Shown here one piece after another: positions 24,591 through 60,701 of a DNA stretch of 64,000 bases. The DNA lies in NCBI GenBank assembly GCA_963693365.1, contig CAVNZM010000006.1, positions 930,001-994,000 on the forward strand. The letters run 5' to 3'. Each line of letters begins with the position of its first letter. The stretch's first letter is position 1. The DNA comes from Amoebidium appalachense. Its lineage: Eukaryota; Protista; Ichthyosporea. Under the pieces are notes generated by a model, which did not search any database, was not told where the DNA came from, and saw nothing but the letters and a program-made list of their open reading frames with translations. The position numbers were made by a program, and so were the translations under genes.

Positions 24591-24991
24591 GCATGCATAT
24601 ACGTGATTGAGTTTTTTCGCTTGTAAACGTGACCGCGTTGTCTGTGATATCGATGTTAGGGTGCCGAAGCCAGTCCGTGCACATACTCCTTTTGATATTC
24701 TTCGCTTACAAAACATTAAACACTGAGTAAAACAGTACACCGAAATGTAATACATACATAGTTTTACGGTATATAATTTCAATTGGATGTAGTCTATCAC
24801 AAAAACCCAGAACTGGTAACTTATATCCTTCACTGTGCCTCAATACACACCACAGATCCTATATAATAAGGATGCCTTTTTCACATTTCACACAAGCAAA
24901 ATTGGTTACACACGTGTCAAAATAACAAAAATAACTGACAACTTCGACAATTTGTTTAGAAATACAATTGCCACACGGAGAACACTTCAAA

Positions 24992-25032
<41 letters not shown>

Positions 25033-25228
25033 AAAAAAAAAAAAAAGGAAAGAAACTTGCTCTCTCCAGAAGTGTTCCAAGAAGTTCATTCAAATTCATC
25101 GCCTGCCACGGAAAAACAACCCAACATTTCATCTGATACTAAAAACATCAACACTCCCTTCGCAGAGGTACAATTTGATTCGTCATCCATCCTTTTTCAA
25201 CCCCCAGCCCAATAACCTCAAAACCACC

Positions 25229-27224
25229 TCACCCAGCAAACGAGGGGTTCAGCTCGAGCACAAAGTAGTAAGCAATGACCAGAGCCAGAGAGAGGATGGT
25301 GCCGATAGTGATAATTAGGCCCATGATGGCCGCATGTGTGTTATAGTGCTGCGACAGCGAATAGGGGAGCACGGCTAGAGGTAGCGCCGCCTGAAGCGTG
25401 ATAACCCTCCAATCGCTGCCTCTCAATCCTGCCAGATACCCTGATATTCCCATGAAGGTGGGTGCGAGGACAAACTTTGCAAAAAGTCCACCGGCCAACT
25501 GCAGGCGTAGGCTAGGTGGAGGGATGATGGGGTTACCATATAAGGAGAAACCGACGTTAAAGAATGCAAGGCCTGACAGGCAGTTGCTAAATATAGACAT
25601 TGTGCCGTTGATCATCTCGGGGGTTACGTGATTTGGGTCCACGCCGTATGCAATCAGTGAATATAGAGCCCCCACAAAGGCAGCACGCATGACGGGGTTT
25701 TTGACGAGACTTCGAATAATGTTACGCAAAACCGGGGGGATGGTAATGAATGACTTCTTTTTATCCTTCTTTTCTGATTGGTCGCTGTTGTCACTGTTTT
25801 CGTTCTCCTCGGCAGGAGCGAAAATCTCTTTTGTAGCGTGAGGGTCTACGGGCTCGACGTTGAGAGAGTATCGTTTGTTTTGCCCCTCCTCTAGATCCAT
25901 CGAATCAGAATCGCCCTCCAGTCCATTCTCCGGATCGGCAAACGACCGATCTGTTGCGATTCCCCCCTTGCCCTTGGTGTCCCCCTCTACCTCGTTTTCA
26001 TGCGAGGGGGTTTTTTCCACAGTGACTATCGATTCGGCCGGTTCGGTCGGTGAATCTGTGTTGGTCGAAAGAATGAATGGCAGCTTGGTTAGAGCCTACT
26101 CTGATATACTTAGCCACGTGAAGGGGGGGGAGGGGAGGGGGGGGGGAGGGGAGAAGGGGAGGGGGGTGAGGCCGGAAGGGGGAGGGGGGGGGGGGGGGGG
26201 TGATGCGTTACCGAGCACCACCGAGTACTGTGTGTGGTCAGAGTACACATCATACATCGAACAACACAATGCAGAGTGCAAACCACACATACAGAGTATG
26301 AATCATAAGCAGAGCCCATCTCGGGGGGGGGGGGGGGGGGGGGGGATGGGGGGGGGGGGGGGGTTAGAGGGAGGGTGGGGGGAGGGGGGGGGGGGGGGGG
26401 GGGGGGAGGGGGGGGGGGGGGGGGGGGTGTTTCAGAAGGGTTTCAGGAGAACAGGGCACAAAATTAAGCAGCAGTGTTGGGAAGCTCACTAGAATGTTAA
26501 GAGTTGATTGATTTCTGGCCGTTCTTTCCGAGTCTTTCTTTCTTTCTTTTTCCCTTTCTTTCTTTCTTTCTTTCTTTTTTTGGTTTTGAGGGGGGGGGGA
26601 GGAAGCTCGAGGGGGAGGGGGGAGGGGGGAAGGGGGTGGGGGAGGGGGGGGAGGGGAAGGGGAGAGGGGTGGGGAGGGGGAGGAGGGGAGGGGGGGGGGG
26701 GGGAGAGAGAGAGGGTTCATACCCTTTTTGGCCTTTGCACGTGTAGCCGCATGGATCTCATAGAGGGTCACCATGAGGGGATTGATGCAGGCATTGCGCA
26801 CCACCACCACAAAGATGAGCACAAACGCAGCACTGGTACCGTACATGGCGCTGAGCAGTGGTAGCCCCACAATAAGAACATTCGGGAAGTTGAGCAGGCC
26901 AAAATATGTGGCGACTACGTTGACGGGAAAATGTTGGTGGGTATGACTTTTACGCAAAAGTAGGTGCTTTGCCAGGGCATAGGCCAGGCAGCATGTGAGG
27001 GTGAGGCCGGCATTGAGAAAGACGGCAATCATGATTTGGAGGTTGGCATCGTACCTGTGTGTGTGTGTGCGTGTGTGTGTATGTGCGCCTTGGGTTAGAA
27101 GGGAGGGGGGGGGGACTCCGGGGGGGCCGGGGGGAGGGGGGGGGGGGGAGGGGGGGGGGGGGAGGGATTTTGCGTGCGTGCGAGTGTTGAACGCCGGTAC
27201 AGGGGACGGTGTTTTGAATGTGTC

Positions 27225-27255
<31 letters not shown>

Positions 27256-27762
27256 GGTGGAGGGAGGAGTGGGATTGAGAGTTGTGTGAGCTGGGGAAAG
27301 GAAAGGAGTTCCAATTGGGGGAGGGGAGGAGAGGATGGGATATGTATGTCTAAGCTGTATATTGGGCTTATGTTGCGTGCCTACAGGGCAGGGAACCGCC
27401 TTTATGGGCTTGTGTAAACGTTGTTGTGCATGTGGGTGTGGCCATTGTCAGACCGTTTCTGATTGCGAGGTAGTATGGCGGGTGACTGTGTGTGAGTAGC
27501 TTCTGTGTGTGACAAGTGTACGTGTGTGTGTGTGTGCACCGTGTGCTCCACAGTGTTCTATTTGTGTTTATGTGCTCGCATGTGTGCGGTGTGCGTGTAT
27601 GTGCGGAAGTAATGGTGTGCATGTGTGGATATTCAACGATTGTCAGTGAATTCGGTTTGTGTTTTTTTGTGTGTGTGCGTGCGTGTAGGTAAGAGGTTGT
27701 ATGTGTACACGTGTGTGTGTGTGATGCAAATTTTGTTTGTGTGTGCGCGCATGCGCGCGCAC

Positions 27763-27802
<40 letters not shown>

Positions 27803-28765
27803 CGCGCGCGTGCCCGCATGTGTGCATGCGTGTGTGTGTGTGCCGTGTGTGTATGTGTGTGTGTGTGTGTGTGTGCTTGCGTGTGCGTGCTTGTGTGTGT
27901 GTGCGTGCATGTGTGTGCGTGCATGTGTGTGCGTGCATGTGTGTGCGTGCATGTGTGTGCATGTGTGTGTGTGTGGTAGGAGGCGTGTGCCTGTAAAATA
28001 TGTTGTGCACGGTAGATGTGTTAGGATGCATGCACGGACACACATACGGGCGAGGTGTGTGTGTGTGTTTGCATCTGTGTACGGTGTTTTTGGATTGGAT
28101 CACGGTGTGTGTTGCGCGCGCGGGTGCATGTTTGCGAGTGTGTATGTAATATGGGGGGGGGGGGGGGGGGGGGGGGGAGGGAGAGAGGGAGAGGAGGGCA
28201 TACAAATTTGTTTGGACGATGACTCCCATCGTCTGGAAGGGAATTGCCAGGTAGATGACAAACGTGTGCAGACCCTGTGTTGCACACAGCCATGAGTAAG
28301 ACTACACAAGAACTAATGTGATAAATTTGCAGAAGACCAACACTGTTCAAACGGCTACATCGCGCAAATTTTTAATTGCTCCTATTGACCATGAAGACAG
28401 CTGTGCCTGCAGAACTTGAATTGCCAAACTCTGGACCACCTATGCATGCTAGCACTTACCACACCACCACAACTCATGCATACAGTACTGGTTGGCCGCC
28501 TTGCATTGCAAGCTGAGAGCATTATTATATTAGCTAATTAGTTCACTGCAGCCCTAAGAATGCTGGCGGTGTGCATGCATATTTGTTCCATGTCTAGCCC
28601 ATAATTCATGCACACCCATCCCAATGCAAATTTAATGCATCACCCACCCACCTCATAGCCCTGCTTGGTCATGACGTTAAGGCGGGCAAACAGGTAGCCG
28701 GCCACAATGGCCACGTACATGGGCACAACCTTGCCCAGCACCGTCACCACCGTATCGCTGTCCAT
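25229..28765 (-). CDS. PIN-like auxin efflux carrier (AEC/Mem_trans) family transporter, 4 exons, ~447 aa
   Basis: Exons 28765-28652, 28274-28204, 27054-26723 and 26055-25229 are phase-compatible. Motifs are [45 protein letters not shown] and YYFVLEL. Two hydrophobic halves flank an acidic loop. Confidence 0.92.
26201..26322 (-). mobile_element. 5'-truncated copy of the poly(C)-associated retroelement family
   Basis: The minus strand reads poly(C)-GAGATGGGCTCTGCTTATG...CGCATCA-poly(C). Confidence 0.7.
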
Positions 28766-29855
28766 GTTGACCGTTAAACAAAGATACTATGTACAGAGAC
28801 AGAAGGGTGCAATGGTACATGCACAGCCAAGAAAAAGATTGTTGTATTAATGGTGATGCACTGGTACCATAAGCATGCCGTATATACGTATACGGTTTCG
28901 ATGCACGAACCACCACGCTGTTAAAAAAAAGTGGCACGGTGGAACTGCTACACAGATATCTGATTCAGAGTCAAGAAGTAAACGCAGGTGTTTTATAACG
29001 TAGCATGACAAAACCGGATGTGAATTGTGAAAACGCGTGCGACCTGCCAGTGATCACTTGCTGAAAACATGTGTTCGTTCGTCGGCTTGCTTTTGTTTGT
29101 GCCTGGTGATATTGTAACAACTACAAAGCCCGCGGTAAGGGTGCTCGAACGTTGTCTGCATATATATGGCATATATAACGTACTAACTCAGGTGTATTAC
29201 GCATATGCTCGCTTTGACCGACTGTCTCAAGTGTGAAACGATAATAACTTGACCGGGTCTGTATTCAAGTGCTCGGCGACAGAAGTGTGTTTGTTGTTTT
29301 TTTTTGTGACTCAGCAACCGGGAACCGTTAACGTTTTGAAAAATTATTCCTGTAGAACATCTGATTGGCCAGATAAGAGCTGATCGATGCTCTGGTAGCC
29401 AATTAAATTGAGGCCTTCTACATGTTATATGACTCATGCGCTCCAGGAGTCCAGATGCGCATGCTGCCATGAACCAGACCTGGATTAGGCTGAAGACTCA
29501 TTGGGAAAAAAAAATAGCTGACATTTCCACGTGGTACGAGCACAAAAATATACGCAATAGAACCTATCTACAGCTAATAACTCGTGAGGTTGGTGCATCA
29601 AGATGAAGAATTTATGCACCCTTTTTCATGAGCCACTGGTGCTTGATCAGCCAATCAATACTATCCAATCAAATCTCTTTGTGTGCATGAATCCTGTACA
29701 CGTGTGCTTTTGCAGCAAAAAATGCAACCGTTGGCAGGAAAACACAGGAGCCTGATCATCATGTTTTGTAATTTCAAAGGCCATGGCAACAATGAGCGAG
29801 AGTACACGTTGTCGTTTGTAGGGATTGCAGTTCGCCAAGGGATTTGCACTAAGCC
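28766..29855. promoter_or_regulatory. Probable bidirectional promoter region between the PIN-like and SLC35F genes
   Basis: About 1.1 kb of microsatellite-free DNA lies between divergent ATGs. CCAAT/ATTGG boxes occur at ~29364, 29399, 29651 and 29665. Confidence 0.45.
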
Positions 29856-36697
<6,842 letters not shown>

Positions 36698-36823
36698 TAA
36701 CCACACCTAGAACTAATCAAGAATGGACAGAGATATATCCTGCAGCTAAATCTCCCCCCCCTCCCCCCCCCCCCCCCCCTCCCTCCCCTCCCCTCCCCCC
36801 CCCCCCTCCCCCCCCCCCCTCCC

Positions 36824-36855
<32 letters not shown>

Positions 36856-37742
36856 ACCCGCCGCTCTACCGGTCCGTCTCGTGTCTCCCCTTTGAGAATA
36901 CAAATGGATAAGTAGTTTTAGGACACCTGCCACAGTACCTGCTCTTTTTTTTTTTTTTTTTAATAAAGAACACCGGCCTGGGGCGCACGGGTTCACAGAA
37001 ATATGGCAGGCATGATGTTGTTTACATGATAGCTTTAAGAGACCAAGCCGGGTGACTTAGACCGTTGCAGTTAAAATACACACTGACACGTATATGTTTA
37101 ATTATAGAAGAATGGGTTGGGGCCGTGCATGCATGAATGTGGTGAGCAGTGAAAACTATTTTTTTTGGGCCTTTGCACGGGTTATTCGGCTGGGGATTCA
37201 CCCGTAAACGGTTGAGACTCACATAGTAGATTTAAATTTTTGCTCGAAAGCATTTAATATTAATTCTTTTTGTATAACCTCGTGAGGTGGTTTTTTGTCG
37301 TCTCTGGCGAGCTTGGAATAGTAAGTAGTTGCCAACCTCTAGCCATGTTTGTAAGGTAGCAGAAAAAAGTTATTACCTTTTTCCTAGATGGCATCCCTTT
37401 CATATGTTAGTGTGTCTTTCCATTACCACTCCGCCTGGGACAGGATCTATATTGCAAAAGGGTGGTTCTTCCTTCTAATCGTTCTTCCTTTTTTATTCTT
37501 TTAGTGTTTGTCTTCTCCCGCCTAAAATTTTACTATCCAACACATTCTTAATAAAGGGGTTTTCCCCTCTCGTGTAAAATGGGAAGGATTTATGCAATGT
37601 GTGTTAAAGGTACTCTGACATTTAACTCGTGGCGTCTGCCTCGTGCTCCAAGTTCAACCCAAGAATAAATGGAGTAATGAAGACCACATGCCACGGTAAA
37701 CTCGATATGAGATATGAACCTCCGACCTGTTGAACTTTCTCT

Positions 37743-37809
<67 letters not shown>

Positions 37810-37860
37810 CGCCACCACCACCACCACCACCACCACCACCACCACCACCACCACCACCGC

Positions 37861-37897
<37 letters not shown>

Positions 37898-37914
37898 GCG
37901 CGCGTACACACACA

Positions 37915-37959
<45 letters not shown>

Positions 37960-38450
37960 CCCAAGTCCAGGCCTCCTGTACCAAAACGTCGAACGCCTTT
38001 TGTCAGAGTATGTGTACTAAAAGTATAGAAGGCCTTGACACGCGCACACACACGTGCACACACCATGCGGCCACCACTACTACCGTTACCACAAATACAC
38101 GTGTACATGCCGCGCACGCTCGGTAAGCAAGGCCTCCTTATCTTGTCGGTAAGTCGGATGGTGACTTGAGAGCTTGAGGGCTTGGATGTTTCTCAGTGTT
38201 TGCGCTATCGATCTTTGTGATAAGAGGATGGTTTTGGTTGGCGGATAGCGCACTCACCACTTACGGCTTGGCAACTGGGCAACTCGGGCACAGTTGTAAC
38301 TGTGTGCCTGTCATGTAGCTGTCAGGTGTATGTGTAGGTGTATCTAGGAGGCCTTGGTAGGCGAGTAAGCTTTAGTCAGGTCGCACGCCAAGAACAAGTT
38401 CATCTGAGCTGTATAAAAAGTGAGCTAGAGAGTATTAGGATAGCGATGTA

Positions 38451-38668
38451 AAGGGCGACCTATATCATCTAGGAAGAGGTTGAGTATTCTGGGACAACAA
38501 GGTTGCATGAATAGATTCTCTAACACCCGGGAACCTGGCCGCTATACGCGCACCAGGAGGGAACAGTGCACGTTATTGCTTATTTCAATCAATATCCCTC
38601 TTTTTTATCTGACCACGGTCTTTTGGAACAACCGTAAGGCCCGCCTATGATATGATCACACCTTCCCA
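38451..38668. mobile_element. Possible degenerate MITE
   Basis: AAGGGCGACCTATATCATCTAGG loosely matches the reverse complement of the right end, AAGGTGTGATCATATCATAGG. Confidence 0.3.
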
Positions 38669-38747
38669 TGCACTTGATATCCGGGGCTGGTAGCACTTTC
38701 TGTGATGGAGCGTAGACCGCGCTAGTGTGGTTTGTGTGTGTGTGGGA

Positions 38748-55799
<17,052 letters not shown>

Positions 55800-56397
55800 A
55801 GGTTTTTGGTTGAAGGTCACGCGGACTAGCATGTACGTGTGGGTGTACATTATGGTTGGGCAATGTTGAATGACGATTGATAATTAGAGGGTTGGGATTG
55901 ATTATTGCTATATATGGCATTTTTTCAGGTTGGCAGTTTATCTGTGTGTGGCAGCTACGATGCTCTAGGAATGCTCCTAGGCCACCACACACAAACAGAT
56001 ACACATGCACAACCTGGCCATACACAAATACACAGAAAACACCACCTGGTTTTTTCATGCTCACTAGTGCATTGTAGATTTTTGCATGCGAATGTCGACA
56101 TTAAAAGATGTGTACGAGATACCTATGATCGCAATGTGTATGCGTATTTACAGATGATCCAAAGACAGTGTTGTTCAACACACACACACACGCCCACGCG
56201 CGCCCGCGCACGCACACACACACAAGCACACACAAACACACACTGGCCACCTACTACACTCACAAACATAAACATAACAGTGTACACATTTGTATTTTGT
56301 GATATATCGTATGGCCACTACACCCTCAGTATTTGTAATGCGCCTGGAGTGCAGCAATATAGAACTCAGTAGTAAGGTACTGTTTTTTCTTGTCCAA

Positions 56398-56447
<50 letters not shown>

Positions 56448-57313
56448 CCCCTCCCCCTCCCGACCTTTGAGAATTTGGGCCCTCAGGCTGCTTCCGATGC
56501 ACGCTTTGACGTGTGTGAGCTTGGCGAAATTATTAAACCTAATCTTTGTATTCTGGCGTGGTCGAATGTGTCCTTCGGACTTTGGTGAGACATTCTAACC
56601 CTCCTGCCTGTACATGCACTCCCCTGTACATGTTCCCTGGCCCCCTCCCCCCCTCCCCGCCTGCCCCACCTCCTATCCCCGTCCCTTCCACAGGTGAAAC
56701 TCCATATGGAGGTAACTGTGCGTGACCGATTTCCCACGTACCCGAGTATGGGTGCTACTTGTGGTGCATACGCATAGGTGTGTGCAACAGTTCTCTTTCA
56801 AATTGCTGCAATGTTCCTCCTTTTTTTTTTTGTTTTTATTCCTGCTTTTTTAGTCATGAACCGTACTCTGCACATGTGAGCTTTCAATGAATGTAACTAA
56901 CCCCTCGCCCCCCCTCGGGATTCCCCCCCCCCCCCCCCCCTTTAAGGAAAGAAAGAGAAAGAAAATAAAAAGCATACCGAGCCAGTTTTTCAAGCTACCC
57001 GTGCATGCACTGGTATGCGTGTACACACAACTTTCACTTCTAGACCCCTCCATGCCTCATTAATATTCACTGATCACGAGCACACAGGTTACTAACAACG
57101 CCACGCCAAGCCTCCCACTGGTAGATTAAAGGAGGGGGCACGCCTTGGGCTTGCATGCATGCGCTGCCATTTCGAGGGAGCGACAAATCAGAAACCATAA
57201 GAGTCTGAGTAGTGTATGTGTGTGACACCGGCTTATGGTGGTGGTGTCATTATATCCTGTGGTCGTGGTGGTGGGGATGGTCGTGAGAAGGGGAGGGGTG
57301 GGTGGGTGTTTTT

Positions 57314-57404
<91 letters not shown>

Positions 57405-57783
57405 GAGGGGGGGGGGGGGGGGGGGGGGGGGTAGATTCTAATACGTACGGTGACAAACTGCAGTGACCTTCATTCTATTCTGATGTCTGTACGGGCAATT
57501 GGCCTGGCCTTATAAAATAATAGAATAAAACTCTGTTGCTTTGTCAATATACAGCAGTGTACACCTTATAATTTAAAAGACGGCTTTCATTCTACTGCAC
57601 TGTCAGTGTGTTTATATAAGGGTTTGTGCCCACAGCTAAGACATAGATACTTAACTTCATGCAAACATTCGCCCAGGCTAATAACAGTACCAGCTAGCTC
57701 TATATTAGTTCATTTCATTCATTCGAGAGGTCCTAAGCATCACCAAGGACTTACTCAATCATAACCGAACAAACTACGCACTA

Positions 57784-57826
<43 letters not shown>

Positions 57827-57967
57827 AAAAAGAAAGAAAGAAAGAAAGAGATCCACCAAGCACACCCCTGACGTACATGCCAACTACCATAATGTACGCA
57901 CACAAGAACATTGTTCTATACACTCCGAGAACGTTTACTACAATCACAAAACCACAAATTAAGGAAC

Positions 57968-58925
57968 TCATACGTCTATAGCCCCCAGAAAATCCGGATT
58001 ATCCGAATCCGACCCACTGTTGTTTCCCTCGATTCTGTCCTGCCGCGTGACATCTTTGAACCAGAGCACACTGCCGTAGAAGATGGTCAATTCCTCGTCC
58101 TCGGCAATATCACGCGCAGTATAGTATCGAATCACCCGGCCATCCTCGTCTAGCATGTATGTCAGATTGGGGGGGTCACTGAAAAATGGGGGGGAAGAGT
58201 TAGCCAAACGGGGGGGGGGGGGGGGGGGGGGGATGGGGATCTGAAGTCGGAGTTGGGGTTAGAAAGCAGAACACGGTACGAAGCACAACTACAAGATAAG
58301 ATACAATGAGCAGGACACATGCAGGGGCAAATATTCACGTATGCAACAACAGCAACGCACGCAGTACGCAACATAAGCAGAGCCCATCCTCGGGGGGGGG
58401 GGGGGGGGGGGGGGTTTGAATGCGGAACACAGTACGAAGTACGCATACACGATGTGAAGCATGGTGCAGGACACATGCAAAGGCAAACATTCAAGTATGC
58501 AACATCAGGGGGGGCAGGCACGACACACAGACCACGAAGTACAGGATGAAGACACCGGCCAAGGAAGATCACAAGCAGATTCCAAACACACAGAAACAAC
58601 TTAAGCTCGAAAAAAAAAAAAAAAAAAAACAGGGGGTGAGAAAGTCACATTGAAAAAAAGGGGGAGAAACAACCAGACCGAATGAAGCAAACGAGGACGG
58701 ACAGGTTCCAATCCCAGCTGTTATGTGCACACAAGCAGGAAGAGTATGGCTCATAACGAACGAGCCAGGGACGAAGGGGGGGGGGGGGGGGGGGATGCTC
58801 ATGGAGAAGCATGGGGAGAGGGTGGAGGGAGATAGCCTTGATGGCAGAAGGTTGCAAAGTGTGCATGTAACACACAGAGACAGCGAAACAGAAAGGGATG
58901 GCCATATAGTGGGGTTGGGAGAGAA

Positions 58926-58960
<35 letters not shown>

Positions 58961-60204
58961 GGGTGGGGGGAGGGGGCAGGGGGAGAGGGAGGAGAAGGGA
59001 CGGAAGACGGAGGGAAAGGCGAGAGAAAGGGGGGCCGAGGGGGGGCAGGGGGAAGGAGGGAAGCGGGATTGGGAGAGGGAGAGAGAAGTGAGGAAGAGGG
59101 AGAGGAAGGGGGAGAGAGGGAAAGGGGGATGGACAGGGAGAGGGGGAGCGGGACCTGGGGGGAGCGGAAGGGGGAGCAGGAGGGGGGAGAACAGGAAAGG
59201 GGGGAGGGAGGGGAGGGAGGGAGGGACAGGGAGAGGGAAAGGGAGTGGGGGGAGGGGGGAGGGGCGGGGGAAGGGGACGGGGACGGGGGACGGGGACGGG
59301 GACGGGGACGGGAAGGGGGACGGAGGGGGGGAGGGGGCCGAGAAGGAACGGGGGGAGGAGAGAGAGAGAGCGAGAGAGAGAGAGAGGAGGGGGGATGGGG
59401 AGGGAGAGGGAGCGGGGGAGGAACGGGGAGGGGGGGGAAGGGGAGAGAGAGGGAGGGAGGGAGAGCAAGGAGGGGAAGAGAGGAAGAGAGGGAGGAACGG
59501 AAGGGGGAAAGGGGGGGAAGGGAAGGGGGGAGAGAGAGAGGAAGGGAGAAGGGGAAGGGGGGAGGGAGGGGGGAGAGGGGAGGAAGGGGCGGAGGGCGAG
59601 AGGGAGGGAGGGAGAGAAAGAGAAGGGAGGGCAGGGGAGGCACCTCATGAGCTCATTCGGAGGTAGCAATACAGAAAGATGAGCCCACTACATATTGAGT
59701 GAAGCGGGACGAAGCGGGGCGAAAGTATTAGAAGGAGGGGGGAGGGGGGGAGGGGAGGGGGGGGGGAGAGGGTGGGGAGAAGGGAGGGGGGGGGGGGGGG
59801 GAAGATGGTGTGCGCACAGCAGCTTTGAAATTGCAACAAATATATACTTACTTGTGATTAAAAATAGAACCATGTCCCAGGGCAAGCATGTAGTTGCCCC
59901 TTCTGGTAGTGAACAAGTAGTGCTCTAGCTCCGTGTGTTTTAGGTGTGTCAAGTATTGTTCTCTAGGAAACCAGATGCAGTGTGCTACCTCTACTAACTC
60001 GCCCCGCTTGAGTGGGCGGCTGGCAAACGCACCCCTCCCTTTCCCCTCTGTGTGTTTGACGTATAAGAGAACCTCCTTTGGGCGGTCTGGCGGTAGCGAT
60101 GGTTCATCCCCTGCCATTTCTAATGGTGTCATGTTATAAACTTTCCGTTTCTGACGACGGTGGAATGGTGGTTGATCATGACCATGCATATGATCGATGC
60201 TCAT
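57968..60204 (-). CDS. Small stand-alone SET-domain lysine methyltransferase (S. pombe Set7/bacterial-type), 2 exons
   Basis: Exon 60204-59852 has GKGRGAFASRPLKRGELVE and GSIFNH. A phase-2 intron leads to exon 58178-57968 (NDPPNL, TARDIAEDEELTIFYG..LWF). The start could instead be the ATG at ~60132. Confidence 0.92.
58259..58507 (-). mobile_element. Two tandem 5'-truncated copies of the poly(C)-associated retroelement
   Basis: 58507-58415 ends CCGCATTCAAA-poly(C). 58391-58259 starts GAGGATGGGCTCTGCTTATG and ends CTTTCTAACCCC. Both match the tail of copy b. Confidence 0.8.
58915..59640. repeat. ~720-bp polypurine/polypyrimidine tract
   Basis: The + strand is almost only G and A, including (GGGGAC)n. 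It lies in the SET-gene intron. Confidence 0.9.
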
Positions 60205-60701
60205 GTCGACGACCCCTACGAGAAAATCAATTTACTGCACATTTAGATGTACTTATTATTGGATATACATCTGCATGAGATAGACAATAACAAGATAAAC
60301 ATAAAGCATTTGTTAGATAGTGTTGAACGATAAGCCCCCGCTTGTCATCCCCTGTGCTTGTCTACTTGGCAGGCCTGATAATAACAGTGTTGTTACGCAC
60401 CTAGAAACTGCAACACGCTCACCTCATAGTTAGTAGTGGGTGACGAGTCTTTTTCTTTGTAGAGTGGGATATTCCATACTGGTTGCATGAGGGCGGTGTT
60501 ACAAAGTTCGCGGTTCAGTTAACTGCTGGTGGCTTCTTGAAACACATGGTGACACCTTGGGCTTTAGATGCAGAAAAAAGAGCAACAACTCTGAGACGTG
60601 CACAACGTAATATATATAGACACGCACACGAACACGCACACGGCGCGCACACGTAGCACACGTACACACACGCACACGCACACAAAGGCGTAGCTGCCAC
60701 C

